A stretch of 64,000 nt of DNA from Eubacteriales bacterium. Lineage in GTDB: Bacteria; Bacillota; Clostridia; Oscillospirales; CAG-382. This document shows, piece by piece, positions 63,548-64,000 of the stretch. Every line of letters starts with the position of its first letter. The first letter of the stretch is position 1. The notes beneath the pieces were generated by a model. It was given only the letters and a program-made list of their open reading frames with translations. It was not told the DNA's origin and did not search any database. Location of the stretch: positions 4,719 through 68,718 of the forward strand of contig JAZNPH010000010.1 in the NCBI GenBank assembly GCA_045589515.1, read 5' to 3'. Both the position numbers and the translations under genes were made by a program.

Positions 63548-64000
63548 CTATTCTCCGATCAACAATACCGAAATATCGTTCACATTGGTTCCCGTAGGCC
63601 CGGTGAACAGCAGCCCGCCTGCGGCCAGCAACCCGTGGAAGGCATCGTTGTTCTCCAAAACCGCCTTGGGATCAAGCCCTCGGCTTCTCATGAGTTCCGC
63701 CGTGTTGCCGTGGACGATTCCCCCCGCCGCATCCGTAGGACCGTCGGTTCCGTCCGAGCCCAGGGAGAAGAAGGTCACGTTGGTAAGCCCTTCCATCCCT
63801 ATGGCGGCGGCCAGAGCCATTTCCTGATTTCTGCCGCCAAGGCCGTTCCCCGTCAGCTTCACCACCGTCTCGCCCCCTGCGATAAAAGCTTGTTTCCCTT
63901 TTCCGACGTGTTCTCTTGCAAGGGAAGCGAACATTGTCCCGGCATCCTTTGCTTCGCAACTCAGCGTGTCGGTAAGCACGGCTGTCTCAAAGCCCAACGC
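63548..64000 (-). CDS. Glycerate 2-kinase / hydroxypyruvate-reductase-like protein (MOFRL domain), C-terminal part; 5' end outside window
   Basis: GGETVV...GLGGRNQE...GSDGTDGPTDAAGG...TGPTGTNVND is the characteristic MOFRL C-terminal domain. Confidence 0.78.
   Translation of the reverse strand, partial: ALGFETAVLTDTLSCEAKDAGTMFASLAREHVGKGKQAFIAGGETVVKLTGNGLGGRNQEMALAAAIGMEGLTNVTFFSLGSDGTDGPTDAAGGIVHGNTAELMRSRGLDPKAVLENNDAFHGLLAAGGLLFTGPTGTNVNDISVLLIGE

Overview
Mostly core-chromosome window from a GC-rich, PolC-type, spore-forming Firmicute (Clostridia-like; spoIIR, a PASTA-domain PBP and an FtsW/SpoVE-family gene are present). All calls rest on reading the supplied translations and the DNA; no database search was possible. 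Gene content, left to right: uvrA (3' part); a radical-SAM/DUF2344 pair; the conserved pyrH-frr-uppS-cdsA-dxr-rseP-ispG-polC string; a PHP phosphatase, Lrp/AsnC regulator, aminotransferase and ispE string; spoIIR; addB-addA. An accessory-looking block (25.7-39.2 kb) follows, with three tandem paralogous acidic lipoprotein genes, an AmiE-like serine hydrolase plus NamZ-like DUF1343 pair, ThuA, a ~1000-aa multidomain lipoprotein, two orphan secreted proteins and an OmpR-type two-component system. After that come the nucleoside-salvage operon deoC-deoD-deoB-cdd-pdp, a small alarmone synthetase, copA, a methyltransferase, two lipoproteins and tRNA-Thr(CGU). The window ends with a condensed dcw cluster (mraZ-rsmH-ftsL-pbp-mraY-ftsW-murG-ftsQ-ftsZ) and a few small genes. 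I saw no transposase, integrase, phage gene, CRISPR array or recognisable defence system. The least-explained signals are non-coding. (1) A composite ~80-bp hairpinA-linker-hairpinB repeat occurs at least six times in intergenic DNA, with compensatory stem changes. (2) Further REP-like palindromes and a 428-bp hairpin-dense spacer lie after polC. (3) 11-bp phased direct repeats sit exactly 9 nt upstream of a -10 hexamer at two promoters flanking the two-component system. This predicts autoregulation plus a single orphan secreted-protein target. Many long ORFs antisense to real genes are codon-usage shadows and were rejected. Coordinates of non-coding features were counted by hand and may be off by 1-2 nt.
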